DNA of 64,000 nucleotides, taken from positions 203,191 through 267,190 of the forward strand of contig OOHM01000001.1 in the NCBI GenBank assembly GCA_900320405.1, in the 5' to 3' direction. The first letter of the stretch is position 1. The number at the start of each line of letters is the position of its first letter. Position numbers and translations under genes: made by a program. This document shows positions 29,636 to 41,785 of the stretch, in pieces. The DNA is from an uncultured Pseudomonadota bacterium (GTDB taxonomy: Bacteria; Pseudomonadota; Alphaproteobacteria; Rs-D84). The notes below the pieces were generated by a model that did not search any database, was not told where the DNA came from, and saw nothing but the letters and a program-made list of their open reading frames with translations.

Positions 29636-30346
29636 ATGAGCAAAAAATTACTGTTCGCCACAATCGCATCGGTTTTGGCAACCGGCGCATTTGCCGACCC
29701 GAAAACCGTAACAACCCAGGATTATGTTGATAATGAATTGGCACAAAAACAAGCCATAATAACACCAACAAATTATTCTGCAACAATCGGCAATACGACA
29801 TACCCTGTCAAAGGATTAGTATTATACCCAGATGCAAATAATTCTGATGCGTCGGGTGCAATTGGCGCAAATAAGTTGTTTGGACGTGATATGGCTTTTG
29901 CATTGGCGGATTATGCTGATTCAAATCCTAATAACGACGATACAAATACTTATTGGTACAATGAATATTTATGGCCGTTCGCACAAGGAGAGACATGTAG
30001 TGGTAGACTTTGTGATGGTTTTACCCCTGGTTTTGCCAATTATGTTATTACGGGTGCCGCCTTGTTTGAAGGTTTAAATAGGCTTAGAATGTATGTTGAA
30101 GATATGATATATGCGGCAAAACCCACAGGTGATGCAAATACCGTTGCTTTGTATGGAAATGACGGTGAACTTAACACATCACGGGCATTATACGATGGTT
30201 CGGGAACGTATAATGCCGGAACCGATGCCGGAAAAATTGCCACCGCCGCCGCGGTTGAAACCAAACAAAACAAAATGACCTGTACACGGTGGTTGGACAA
30301 TGCCGAACACACCGATGCAAACTGTTTGTTGTGGAGTATAAACTAA
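29636..30346 (+). CDS. Secreted protein, paralogue of 8048..8467
   Basis: Signal peptide; TVTTQDYVDNELAQKQ and MTCTRW..NAEHTDANCLLW. Confidence 0.85.
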   Translation: MSKKLLFATIASVLATGAFADPKTVTTQDYVDNELAQKQAIITPTNYSATIGNTTYPVKGLVLYPDANNSDASGAIGANKLFGRDMAFALADYADSNPNNDDTNTYWYNEYLWPFAQGETCSGRLCDGFTPGFANYVITGAALFEGLNRLRMYVEDMIYAAKPTGDANTVALYGNDGELNTSRALYDGSGTYNAGTDAGKIATAAAVETKQNKMTCTRWLDNAEHTDANCLLWSIN

Positions 30347-30377
30347 ATTAAAAAAACGGCGCAACGCACCGTTTTTA

Positions 30378-30944
30378 CTATCTGCCGCGGTACATTTGGT
30401 TAAAATGCATTCTGCAAACGGATTTATAATTTGAATCGCCCAATGCGAATTGTTCCCCGGCGCGCACAACGCGACCGTTCGCATCAAACCGCAAATGGTG
30501 CGTCGCCATATGCAAACACCCCGGAATTTGACAGTTAGATTTCAACAGGTGCAATTTTGCGCCAACCTCGACCAATCGTTTTGATGCGGGGAACATTTGT
30601 TCGTTGCTGTCCACCATTAAACCATAACACATAACAATTTTATTTTGCACATCGGCGATTTCGACCATTTTATCAATGTCGGCGGGCGAAAAGAATTGCA
30701 CTTCGTCCACCAATAATACGCGTGTTTCGGGTTTAATTTGAAAATCGTCCAAATTTTTTAACGCCAACGCATCCACCGACAGACCAATTCGCGATGTAAT
30801 CTTGGTTGCGCCGAAACGCGTGTCCATTGCGGGTTTTATAACCTCGGTCGCGATTCCGTTCTGTTTATAATTATACGCGTTTATAATCAGTGCCGCCGAT
30901 TTAGAACTGCTCATCACGCCATAATGAAAGTGCAGGTTTGCCAT
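30378..30944 (-). CDS. tdk: Thymidine kinase
   Basis: YGVMSSSKS, KPAMDTR, SRIG, VDEVQF, YGL, YKSVCR.H. Confidence 0.93.
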   Translation of the reverse strand: MANLHFHYGVMSSSKSAALIINAYNYKQNGIATEVIKPAMDTRFGATKITSRIGLSVDALALKNLDDFQIKPETRVLLVDEVQFFSPADIDKMVEIADVQNKIVMCYGLMVDSNEQMFPASKRLVEVGAKLHLLKSNCQIPGCLHMATHHLRFDANGRVVRAGEQFALGDSNYKSVCRMHFNQMYRGR

Positions 30945-30966
30945 TTCTTTTTCTCCTTAGCCAAAA

Positions 30967-31899
30967 TTAAATAACCATCGATTCCAATCTTTTTATTCTT
31001 TGTTCCACCGGTGGGTGTGTTGCCAAAATTTCGCCCAAAAACGCCCGCCGCTTTAACGGGTTCGCAATACACACCGATGCCATCGCGCTTTGGGCGGATA
31101 AAGATTTAACCGTCGAATTGCCCGATATTTTACGTAATGCGTTTGCCAATGCAATTGGGTTGCGTGTAATATGTGCACCGCACGCGTCCGCCGCGTATTC
31201 GCGTCTGCGCGAAATTGCCATACGCAATACCGGCGTGATAATCACATTAAACACCGTGAACGCCAACCATACCATCATTATAACCGCCGCGCTGTTATTC
31301 TTTTCATCACTGCGTGGGGCGGAATATGTTATTCCGCGCAATAACGCATCCGCAATAAATACCGTGACACCAATTCCGGTAATAATAAACATATCCAAAC
31401 GTATATCGCGATTCCCAATGTGTGACATTTCGTGCGCGATTACGCCTTCTAATTCCACACGGTCCAATTTTTGAATAATTCCGCGCGTCAACGCGACCGT
31501 TGCATCACGCGGGGACCGCCCCGTCGCAAACGCGTTCAGCCCAGAATCATTTATCACATACACACGCGGTGTTGGCAATCCCGCCGCCAACGCGACATTT
31601 TCGACCGATTTATAGATATACTTGTAATCCGGGTCGGTGTTGTTTATCTGTTTTGCGCCCGCCATATTTAACATCATAGAATCACCAAACACCCACGATA
31701 TAAGTGTCCATATTATGCACACTGCAAAAGTCGGCACCGCAACGCGAACCGCGGTATTCACCGCATCATTCATCGGCATAACAATCCAAGTGAACAAAAA
31801 CACCAACGCAACAAATATAATCGGGAACAATATCACAAGAATTGCGGTCTTGATATTGTTTGCGCGTATATGGTCATAAACGGTTCTAATTTTTTTCAT
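30967..31899 (-). CDS. htpX: HtpX-family M48 metalloprotease
   Basis: NAFATG, HEMSH, SRRREYAAD, THPP. Confidence 0.93.
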   Translation of the reverse strand: MKKIRTVYDHIRANNIKTAILVILFPIIFVALVFLFTWIVMPMNDAVNTAVRVAVPTFAVCIIWTLISWVFGDSMMLNMAGAKQINNTDPDYKYIYKSVENVALAAGLPTPRVYVINDSGLNAFATGRSPRDATVALTRGIIQKLDRVELEGVIAHEMSHIGNRDIRLDMFIITGIGVTVFIADALLRGITYSAPRSDEKNNSAAVIMMVWLAFTVFNVIITPVLRMAISRRREYAADACGAHITRNPIALANALRKISGNSTVKSLSAQSAMASVCIANPLKRRAFLGEILATHPPVEQRIKRLESMVI

Positions 31900-31973
31900 A
31901 TTGAAAATGGTATTAAAAAAAATAATCCCAATCAACAGATTTATTTTTGCATCAAAATGTGGTAAAATGTGGT

Positions 31974-32828
31974 ATGCGATTAAAAATGATGGCATTTTTA
32001 TCGATTGGGTTGTTTTGCGCCGTTGCGGCGCGCGCGGGATTTTTGGTGCCAACCGAATTTCCTAAGGTTGTTGACGATTTGTCTTTCATTGACCGTATGG
32101 CACTAAGAAGTGCGGATTATGATATCCTTGAAAGTGTATATGATGAAAACGGAAATTGTGTTTCGGGTTGCGCGTATGCCATGCCAAAATGGGAAGATGA
32201 ATTGGCCGCGGCAGAGCGTTGGAATCGCCTTGTGCACCAAGAATTGATAGATGAATATGGTTATACCGAAAACGATGATGGGGAATTGGTGCCACCGACG
32301 GACTATAATACATACGAACAACCAACGGTCGATTTCCCATCTATTTCGTCCGCATCGTATGTGGCATATAACCAAAACTGCGCAATCAAAAATTCGTCTT
32401 TTGCAAATTCCGATATACCGCGTGGCAACCCGTTGGGGCATATTGCGTGCATAACATCGCCATTTGGTCCACGCAGTCTGTTTGGACGCGTCTTTCATTA
32501 TGGTATGGATTTTCACTCTGTGATCGGGACCCCGGTATATGCACCGGCAAACGGGGTTGTTGAATGGGTGTGCCGTGGCAGTAAATCATGTGGGAACGGT
32601 CTGCAAATCAAACACGCCAACGGTTATTCTACGCGATATTGCCATTTTGAATCTTTGGCGGTAAAAAAAGGCGACAAATTATCTGCGGGGTGTTTAATTG
32701 GCAAAAGTGGTAATACAGGTCAAAGTACGGGACCGCACCTGCATTATGCGGTTTTGAAAAACGGCACAGCCGTAAATCCACGGGATTTTATTGAGCCGGA
32801 ACACAGAAGTTGCTATATCAAGAAATAA
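31974..32828 (+). CDS. M23 family peptidase
   Basis: HYGMD, YCH, GQSTGPHLHY; signal peptide. Confidence 0.9.
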   Translation: MRLKMMAFLSIGLFCAVAARAGFLVPTEFPKVVDDLSFIDRMALRSADYDILESVYDENGNCVSGCAYAMPKWEDELAAAERWNRLVHQELIDEYGYTENDDGELVPPTDYNTYEQPTVDFPSISSASYVAYNQNCAIKNSSFANSDIPRGNPLGHIACITSPFGPRSLFGRVFHYGMDFHSVIGTPVYAPANGVVEWVCRGSKSCGNGLQIKHANGYSTRYCHFESLAVKKGDKLSAGCLIGKSGNTGQSTGPHLHYAVLKNGTAVNPRDFIEPEHRSCYIKK

Positions 32829-33186
32829 TTTTACGGAATTTGACGGAAAAACTGCCGTTATTTAATGGAACGCACGAAACAATATATGGACTAAGCACAC
32901 TGTCGCGAACCCAATTTTGAAATTTGATTTTTAATATGCCACTGGCACCGGTGATAATTGTCGCGCTTTTTGCGCCAGATTTTGCAATTTCCATTATTTC
33001 GCCCCACGCCTGTTCAATCGTGTGCATATGCAGGTCCAGTGTTATATGCGATGGAATTTGCACGGGTTTTGGAATACGCCGGGACAGTTTCAATTCGGCC
33101 CGCACTGTTTTCCGTGTGACATTGTCGTCGGGCGCAAAAGGCGCACCAATCATATTGGCAATGTCTTGATCGGATAATTTACGCAT
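32818..33186 (-). CDS. Smr-domain protein
   Basis: TLDLH, IITG.SG.LK, NNGSF.V. Confidence 0.8.
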   Translation of the reverse strand: MRKLSDQDIANMIGAPFAPDDNVTRKTVRAELKLSRRIPKPVQIPSHITLDLHMHTIEQAWGEIMEIAKSGAKSATIITGASGILKIKFQNWVRDSVLSPYIVSCVPLNNGSFSVKFRKIIS

Positions 33187-33187
33187 A

Positions 33188-33913
33188 TTATTTTTCTAAT
33201 TTTTTTGCCCAGTCGCTGTCCGGGAAATTTAATTTTAACATTTTTGCGTATCCGTCCGCTTGTTCTGGCAAACCGATTGCGGTATATGCCTCGGTCAGGC
33301 GGTACATCGCTTCGGCGGGCATAACCGTTTCCGGCGCATCGGTAAGGACGGATTGAAATTTAGTAATGGCGGATGCCCAATTTTCTTTTCTCATATCGTT
33401 TCGCGCGGAATACATAACTTTGCCGGCGATATAGTTTTTTAATATGTTTATTTTATTTTTTGCGTTTTCGGCATATGGCGACCGTGGGAACCGGTCGACC
33501 AGTTGTTGAAATGCCTGCATGGCATAGACCGACATACCGGGTTCACGGCGAACATCGCTGACCTGGCGATAATAACACATTCCGCGCAGGTATAAAACAT
33601 ATGCCACATCACTGTGCCCGGGGTGAAACCGCATAAAACGGTCGGTGGTAAGCAATGCGCCCGCAAAATCATTGTCCAAATATTGCGAATATGCCGCCAT
33701 AATCAACGCATCCGCGGCCCAAGGACTGGCCGGGTATTGTGTTTCCGCGGTCAAAAATTTTTCGGCCGCATCATCATAGTCTTTATCTTCAAATTCTGCG
33801 TATGCCGCATCATAAAGGTCGGCCAGTGGTTCTTGGGGAACAATTTTTTGGGCGTCGCCTGCGCATCCGGCAAGTGTGGCCCCAATTAAAGTCGCAAAAA
33901 ATATTTTTTTCAT
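33188..33913 (-). CDS. bamD: BamD outer membrane assembly lipoprotein
   Basis: Lipobox LAGC, TPRs, YP.SPWA, HPG...AY..YL. Confidence 0.92.
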   Translation of the reverse strand: MKKIFFATLIGATLAGCAGDAQKIVPQEPLADLYDAAYAEFEDKDYDDAAEKFLTAETQYPASPWAADALIMAAYSQYLDNDFAGALLTTDRFMRFHPGHSDVAYVLYLRGMCYYRQVSDVRREPGMSVYAMQAFQQLVDRFPRSPYAENAKNKINILKNYIAGKVMYSARNDMRKENWASAITKFQSVLTDAPETVMPAEAMYRLTEAYTAIGLPEQADGYAKMLKLNFPDSDWAKKLEK

Positions 33914-33967
33914 ATCCGTTTATTCCTGTCTTGATTTTATTAGATATTGGGAAGTATAATCCAAACT

Positions 33968-35431
33968 ATGAAACTTGGCAAACATATTTTCGGCGTTGGT
34001 CTTATGACCGGTATAAGTCGCATATTCGGGTTTGTTCGCGATATGCTGATTGCGCGCGTGTTGGGCGCGGGGCGGCTGTCCGACATATTCTTGGCGGCAT
34101 TCAAATTACCGAATCTGTTTCGCGACTTGCTTGGTGAAGGCGCATTGTCTGCGATATTTATTCCTATGTACGCGGATTCGCGTCACGACGAATCGTTTGC
34201 AAAAAATGTTTTTTCGTGGTTGGCGGTTGTATTATTGGGCATAACAATCGTATTTGAAATATTTATGCCGATTGTTGTGTGGATTTTGGCACCGGGCTTT
34301 GCCGATGTTCCAGGCAAAATGGAATTAACGGTTGTTATATCGCGCATAATGTTTTTCTATGTAATATTTATATGCAGTGCGGCATTTTTGTCGGCGGTTT
34401 TGAACGCGTTTTCACGGTTTATGTTGGCGGCATTTATGCCGGTGTTGTTGAATATAATGTTGATTGGTGCGTTGTTGGTGTCTATGCATATTGGCGCGTC
34501 AAGCACGGTTTTATACATAATGGCGGGCACGGTTGTGGCGTCGGGTATAATTCAGTGTTTGGTGCTGTGGGCGCGCATACGACATAAACATTTTGGTCTG
34601 CATTTGGTTGTGCCGCGTTTTACACCGGGAATCAAAACAATGTTCAAACGTTTCGGGGTCAGTATTATTGGAAATGGATTTTACCAAATAACAATTATTC
34701 TTGGTACCCTGGTGGCCAGTTTCGAAAGTGGCGCGGTTTCGTGGCTGTATTATTCTGACCGTATTGTTCAATTGCCATTTGCGATGATAGGGCTTGCGGT
34801 TGGAACGGTTTTGATGTCGTCTATTTCGAATGCGTTGGCGGATAAAAATATGCGCAGTGTTTATATTCAACAAAATTCGTCAATGCGTCAATCTATGATG
34901 TTGATAATGCCGTGTGTGGCGGGATTGTTCGTGTTGGCGGAACCAATTATTAGATACCTGTTTGAATATGGGGCGTGGACGCCGGAATCGACCCACGCGG
35001 TTGCAATTGCGATTATGATTCAGGTCTTTGTTTTGCCCGCCATGTTGATAAGCCAGATTTACAGTAAAACACTTTATGCGTCCCAAGATGTCAAGACGCC
35101 GGTCAAAACCAGTGTTATATCATTGGCGGTGGCGTCTGTGATTTATGTCGCGTTGTTCTGGTTTGTGGGATATTTGGCGATACCAATTGGTGTCGTAATA
35201 AGCGGATATGTTAAAAATTATCTGTTGGGACGTGCGTGCCGGCGCAAAGGCCTAATAAAAATGGATGGTCGAACAATTCGTGCGATGGTGTTGTTTGGGA
35301 CTTTGTCTGCGGTATTGGGCGTGGGGTTGTGGTTTGTGCCAATAACCGGAATTATATCCTTGGGATTGGCGATTATGGGCTTTGGCGTTTTGTATTTACC
35401 AATCGCGTTTTTATTAAACAGAAAAATATAA
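33968..35431 (+). CDS. murJ: Lipid II flippase MurJ
   Basis: SRIFGFVRD, AFKLPN.FR.L.GEGA, LYYSDR..QLP. Confidence 0.95.
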   Translation: MKLGKHIFGVGLMTGISRIFGFVRDMLIARVLGAGRLSDIFLAAFKLPNLFRDLLGEGALSAIFIPMYADSRHDESFAKNVFSWLAVVLLGITIVFEIFMPIVVWILAPGFADVPGKMELTVVISRIMFFYVIFICSAAFLSAVLNAFSRFMLAAFMPVLLNIMLIGALLVSMHIGASSTVLYIMAGTVVASGIIQCLVLWARIRHKHFGLHLVVPRFTPGIKTMFKRFGVSIIGNGFYQITIILGTLVASFESGAVSWLYYSDRIVQLPFAMIGLAVGTVLMSSISNALADKNMRSVYIQQNSSMRQSMMLIMPCVAGLFVLAEPIIRYLFEYGAWTPESTHAVAIAIMIQVFVLPAMLISQIYSKTLYASQDVKTPVKTSVISLAVASVIYVALFWFVGYLAIPIGVVISGYVKNYLLGRACRRKGLIKMDGRTIRAMVLFGTLSAVLGVGLWFVPITGIISLGLAIMGFGVLYLPIAFLLNRKI

Positions 35432-35498
35432 TAAAATAAAGTTGAAACCCACCTTTTTATATGATAAAATGCATTTATAAGAATGTAAGGAGTCCCTA

Positions 35499-36347
35499 AT
35501 GAAAAAATTGGTATCATTGGCGGTATTGACCGCTTTGCTTGCGGCGTGTGCCGAAACGACAAAACCATCTGAATATGGTTCCGACGGGTTTGCCGAAGAA
35601 GCGCTTGCCACGGAAACTTTTAATGACACATATTTGATGGCGGCGGCACCGCGCTATTATATCGGTAATGCGTACAAGGTTGAAGATATTCAATATATTC
35701 CGACCGAAGATTATGCGTATAATCAAACCGGTATGGCGGGAATAATTCCAACCGAATTAAACGGTACAAGAACAAGTAATGGTGAAACATACGATATGGC
35801 GCAAATGGTCGCAACCAGCAAGACTTTACCTCTGCCCACAATTGCCAAGGTCACAAATTTGGAAAATGGCCAATCGGTCGTTGTTCGTGTGAATAATCGT
35901 GGTCCGTTCGTGAATACGCGCATTATGGATTTGTCGCCGGCGGCGGCGGGTAAAATTGGCCTGACCAATCAATCCAAGGTCCAGGTTCAGGTTTTGCCGG
36001 AACAATCCATCGCGGTAAAGAATGCGACCATTGGTGAAAAAACAACAACCGTCACCGAAGAAGAAACGGCAACGGTCACCGCACAACCGGCACCGGTTGC
36101 TGCGTCCGGTGATTACAGCGTCCAAGTCGCGGCGTTTTATGCCGAAGACAGTGCCAATGCGTTGGTTCAAAAAATGCGCGCATACGGTGACGCAACCGTC
36201 GTCAAAGAAGGTGATATGTTCAAGGTTCGTATTGTAAACCTGGATGCACCGTCTGCGCGTCGCGTTATCGATAGCCTGCGTTCCAACGAAGGTATGGCAC
36301 CGGGTCTGTTAAAGAACGGCCGTTGGATAAATGCCGACAGCATCTAA
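35499..36347 (+). CDS. rlpA: RlpA-like lipoprotein (DPBB + SPOR)
   Basis: Lipobox, TSNGE.YD, KTLPLP...VTNLENG, RGPF...RIMDLS, C-terminal SPOR. Confidence 0.88.
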   Translation: MKKLVSLAVLTALLAACAETTKPSEYGSDGFAEEALATETFNDTYLMAAAPRYYIGNAYKVEDIQYIPTEDYAYNQTGMAGIIPTELNGTRTSNGETYDMAQMVATSKTLPLPTIAKVTNLENGQSVVVRVNNRGPFVNTRIMDLSPAAAGKIGLTNQSKVQVQVLPEQSIAVKNATIGEKTTTVTEEETATVTAQPAPVAASGDYSVQVAAFYAEDSANALVQKMRAYGDATVVKEGDMFKVRIVNLDAPSARRVIDSLRSNEGMAPGLLKNGRWINADSI

Positions 36348-36397
36348 AAATTAACAATTTTGGTTATTCAAAACCCCGTCAAATGACGGGGTTTCTT

Positions 36398-36907
36398 TTA
36401 ATATGATTTTTGCTGTAATTTCGCAATGCATTGCATCATATCTTGGGCGGTGCCCAAAGATTTGTATTTTACACCGGCTTCATCAAACATTTGAAACGAT
36501 ATATTAAGTGAATCGCGCCACCCCGGAATTTGTCTATCGGGTTCAGGATCCAAATAAATTATTTCCCGAATTCCGCTTTGAATTATAGAACCCGCGCAAC
36601 GCGTGCACGGTGCCATTGTTGCATATAAAATCCCGCCATTTAATCTGGTTCCGTTTCGACCCGCATTCAAAAGGGCGTTTTCTTCGGCGTGAACGACAAA
36701 ATCGTATTTTGTTGGACGGGTCCATCTGGCGGGAACATTATCTTGTATTCCGCGTGGAAAACCGTTGTACCCCATGGATAGTATTGTTTTATTTGGACTA
36801 ACAATCACACATCCAACCTTGGTACTGTTGTCTTTGGACCATGTGGCGATAAGTTGCGCCATCTGCATAAATCTGTAATTCCATTTGTCATTGAACGTAA
36901 GTTCCAT
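36398..36907 (-). CDS. dCMP deaminase family
   Basis: SKD..TKVGC, GYNGFPRG, HAEEN, PCTRC. Confidence 0.92.
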   Translation of the reverse strand: MELTFNDKWNYRFMQMAQLIATWSKDNSTKVGCVIVSPNKTILSMGYNGFPRGIQDNVPARWTRPTKYDFVVHAEENALLNAGRNGTRLNGGILYATMAPCTRCAGSIIQSGIREIIYLDPEPDRQIPGWRDSLNISFQMFDEAGVKYKSLGTAQDMMQCIAKLQQKSY

Positions 36908-37018
36908 AATAAGGCCTTTTTATGTTACGTTCTCTCTCTAATTGAACAAATTACAATAAATCTGTGAATTTTCAAGTTTTTTGTTCACTTTTGAATTTTG
37001 TGTGTTATTCTTTCCCTT

Positions 37019-37912
37019 ATGACAAAGACGTATTCTGGATTTATCGCAATTGTGGGACCCACAAATGCCGGCAAAAGCACCCTTATGAATCAAATTATGG
37101 GGCGCAAGGTATCAATTGTTTCGCACAAGGTTCAAACCACGCGAACAAACCTGCGTGCCGTGAAAATGGTCGGGGCGCGACAATTGATATTTGTGGATAC
37201 TCCGGGTATATTTCGCCCCAACCGTCGTTTGGACCGCGCAATGGTGGGTGCGGCGATGGATGCATTGTCGGATGCGGATGCGGTATTACTGATTATTGAT
37301 GCAACGCATGGCATTACCGATACGGTGCGGGGCATAATTGAACGGGTACGCGAACATAAAAACCTGTTTGTCGCATTGAACAAGACAGATTCTGTTAAAA
37401 AGCCGGATTTATTGCCAATTGCCGCAGAATTAAATACTTTGGCACCATTTCGTGAAATATTTATGATTTCCGCGCTGAAAAACGATGGTGTGGCGGAAAT
37501 GTTAAATGCGTTGGCGGCCGTTATGCCGGAATCTCCGTATTTATTTGATGCAACGGATAGTGTCGATGTGCCGGATAATCTGTATTTGGCGGAATTGACC
37601 CGGGAAAAGATTTATCGGTATATTCACCAAGAATTGCCTTACCACATAAATGTTGTGACGGAACGCGTTGATGTTGATGATGCGGGTGTCCTTGATATAT
37701 ACCAAAAAATAGTGGTGGCAAATGATGCCCACAAAAAGATTGTTGTCGGGCGTGGTGGTGCGCAATTGAAACAAATAGGTGTGGCCGCCCGTCACGATAT
37801 ACAGGACCAATGGGGGGTAAACGCACGGTTGCATTTGTTCGTGCGGGTCGAGGAAAATTGGGAAAATATGGCGGAGAATTATACCGACCAAGGTCTTGAA
37901 TTTAAAAAATAG
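37019..37912 (+). CDS. era: GTPase Era
   Basis: GPTNAGKST, QTTR, DTPG, NKTD, KH domain QELPY. Confidence 0.96.
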   Translation: MTKTYSGFIAIVGPTNAGKSTLMNQIMGRKVSIVSHKVQTTRTNLRAVKMVGARQLIFVDTPGIFRPNRRLDRAMVGAAMDALSDADAVLLIIDATHGITDTVRGIIERVREHKNLFVALNKTDSVKKPDLLPIAAELNTLAPFREIFMISALKNDGVAEMLNALAAVMPESPYLFDATDSVDVPDNLYLAELTREKIYRYIHQELPYHINVVTERVDVDDAGVLDIYQKIVVANDAHKKIVVGRGGAQLKQIGVAARHDIQDQWGVNARLHLFVRVEENWENMAENYTDQGLEFKK

Positions 37913-37922
37913 AGGAATCAAA

Positions 37923-38318
37923 ATGAAAAAAAATGTAAAAAAATTAACTTTTTTGTCGCTTCTGGCGTTGGCCGGTTGTGCAAACAATAAAAATGTTGTG
38001 ACCGATGCAACAATGAATCGCGCGGTTTTGCGTGATATTAAAACCGGTCGTGAACGCGTGTACGATTGTTCATATAACGACGCAATGAAAAGTGTTTTGA
38101 TTTGGTTGGCGCCAGGTGACACGGTCCAATTGCAATCCAAAGATTGTGCGCGTGGCGTGTTCTTTACACCGGATAATTCGCAACTGATTTATGACGATGC
38201 CGAATTGGCGCGTAGAAAAGACGCGTTGGAACGTGAAAAAATCAGACAAATGGTCAAAATTGAATTTGAAAAACAAGAAGAAATGAAACGAAAAATGCGT
38301 GACGGTAACCACAGATAA
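37923..38318 (+). CDS. Lipoprotein, hypothetical
   Basis: Lipobox LAGC; SD GAGG. Confidence 0.75.
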   Translation: MKKNVKKLTFLSLLALAGCANNKNVVTDATMNRAVLRDIKTGRERVYDCSYNDAMKSVLIWLAPGDTVQLQSKDCARGVFFTPDNSQLIYDDAELARRKDALEREKIRQMVKIEFEKQEEMKRKMRDGNHR

Positions 38319-39847
38319 ATGCTGCATACATCAGATTTTGATTTTGAATTGCCACCGGAATTAATCGCGTCGCATCCATTGGAACGACGCGATGCTTCGC
38401 GTATGTTGGTTGTTGACCCAAATGGCATTTGCGAAGTTCCCCTCCTCGGAGGGGTGCCGGGTGAAACCCGGTGGGGTGGGGGTAAAAAAGATATTTGCTT
38501 AAATTTACCTAAAAACCCAAAATTAAAACAACGTGCACGCGAATTGCGCCAGGCCGGCAGTTTACCCGAAGCCTTGCTGTGGAATGAAATAAAAAATAAG
38601 AAGTTAAACGGTCTTGATTTTGATAGACAACATATCATAGGCAATTATATTGTAGATTTCTTCTGCCCGCAAATTGGGTTTGTTATTGAAATAGATGATA
38701 AAACCACACACGACCTTAAAGGTGCGTATGATGAAAAACGTGATAAATATCTTAAATCATTGAACCTTACTGTGATGCATATACCGGCTTCAGATGTGCT
38801 TAAAAATCCGGCATCCGTGGCACAATGGATTTATAATGTTGTTTTTGATACCCCCACCCCGGCGTGCATTGCACGCCACCCCTCCGATAATCACCCAAAA
38901 AATGCTATGCATTTTTCGGGACCCGATGGAGGGGAACTTGTTATTGCCGATAAATATATTCGTGATTTTTTGGACTACCTGAAACCTGGTGATGTGGTGG
39001 TGTTTAACAATTCACGTGTTATTCCCGCGCGCTTTGATGCGGATGGGCACGAAATAACATTACATACCGCGGTGGATGATAAGAATTGGTGGGGGCTGTG
39101 TAAAAAGTTTAACAAAATCAATATTGGCGACACATTGACAATGCGTGATGGCACAACAATTACGGTTGTTGATAAAGATGATGAAAGTGGACTACTGCTG
39201 CGTTTTAATTGCGACAATGTTTTTGATGTGTTGAATCGTGTTGGCAAAATGCCACTGCCACCATATATGAAGCGCGATGCCGAAGTGGCGGACCAAACGC
39301 GTTATCAAACGGTCTATGCCGACCCGTTGGGTTCTATGGCGGCACCAACCGCGGGTTTGCATTTCACCGACGAATTGATGGCGGAAATTGAAAATCGCGG
39401 TGCAAAAATAGTAAAAATTACATTGCATGTTGGCGCGGGAACATGGATGCCGGTTAAAACCGAAAATTTAAACGAACATAAAATGCACAGTGAATGGTGC
39501 TGTATCACACCCGCCCAGGCGGAAATAATAAACAACGCCACGCGTGTCATTGCCGTTGGAACAACATCACTGCGCACGCTGGAAAGTGCCGCCCGAAACG
39601 CCACCGGTGGGGCGCGTGTCGCACCGATTTGCCAAACCACAGATATATTTATCACACCGGGATATAAATTCCGTGTGGTTGATGTGTTGTTAACGAACTT
39701 TCATTTGCCAAAATCTACATTGTTTATGTTGGTGTCGGCATTTTCGGGCCTGGATGAAATGAAGGTCGCATATGCCCACGCCGTTGCGGAAAAATATCGT
39801 TTTTTCAGTTATGGCGATTGTTGTTTGTTATTTAGAAAGGAATCATA

Positions 39848-39848
<1 letters not shown>
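38319..39848 (+). CDS. queA: QueA with ~170-aa in-frame DUF559 insertion
   Basis: DFDFELPPELIA, PLPPY, RYQTVYA, AAPTAGLHF, LHVGAGT, TNFHLPKSTL, YRFFSYGD. Confidence 0.93.
38434..38939 (+). mobile_element. DUF559 (Vsr-like) endonuclease element with ~50-bp imperfect terminal inverted repeats
   Basis: ARELR...E..LW, F.RQ..IGNYIVDF.C....IEID...H....D..RD..L; ends AAGTTCCCCTCC..GGAGGGGTG..GGGGTGGGGGTA / TACCCCCACCCC..CACCCCTCC..GGAGGGGAACTT. Confidence 0.8.
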
Positions 39849-41355
<1,507 letters not shown>

Positions 41356-41393
41356 ACTGTTGATTTTATTTTTCATATGTTGAAAGATAGTTT

Positions 41394-41762
41394 ATGGTAC
41401 AAGGAAAAACAAAAATGGCAAAGGGAAATCAAGAAAAATCAAACGCAACGCAACCGTTGGTAAAGCAATCGGGAATGCCCGCGTTTGTGCTGAATATGGA
41501 CACGCGTTTCTATCTTGCGGTGGCGAAAAAGACGGTTGGTAAATTGATATTTGTTTATACACTGGCGTGTGCCGGTGAACATGCGCGCTATGATGCGGCG
41601 GGGGCAACCGAAATTGCAACATTTGATAATGCCGATAATGCGGAAATTTATTATCAAACAATTAAACAGGCAATAGAATACAATAAAAAAACATCGATTT
41701 ATGATGCGTTAAGTGAATTTAACAGCGGTTTGTTAAAAAACTTTAATGTGGCAACACGATAA
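41394..41762 (+). CDS. Hypothetical protein
   Basis: ORF; likely start 41415 after AAGGA. Confidence 0.6.
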   Translation: MVQGKTKMAKGNQEKSNATQPLVKQSGMPAFVLNMDTRFYLAVAKKTVGKLIFVYTLACAGEHARYDAAGATEIATFDNADNAEIYYQTIKQAIEYNKKTSIYDALSEFNSGLLKNFNVATR

Positions 41763-41785
41763 ATATCACGAAAGGAGAAACCAAT

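Noticed and set aside
29455-29730. ORFs over the structured RNAs (29455..29730 and 61873..62073) as proteins
   Set aside because: The homologous copies differ by a 1-nt indel right after GTGCAG so the peptides are unrelated, while base pairing is conserved
8048-30346. Diversity-generating retroelement acting on the paralogue pair
   Set aside because: No reverse transcriptase and no near-identical TR/VR pair differing at adenines in the window
38427-38939. Intein in QueA
   Set aside because: No C-terminal His-Asn followed by Cys/Ser/Thr and no Hint motifs; boundaries are DNA inverted repeats
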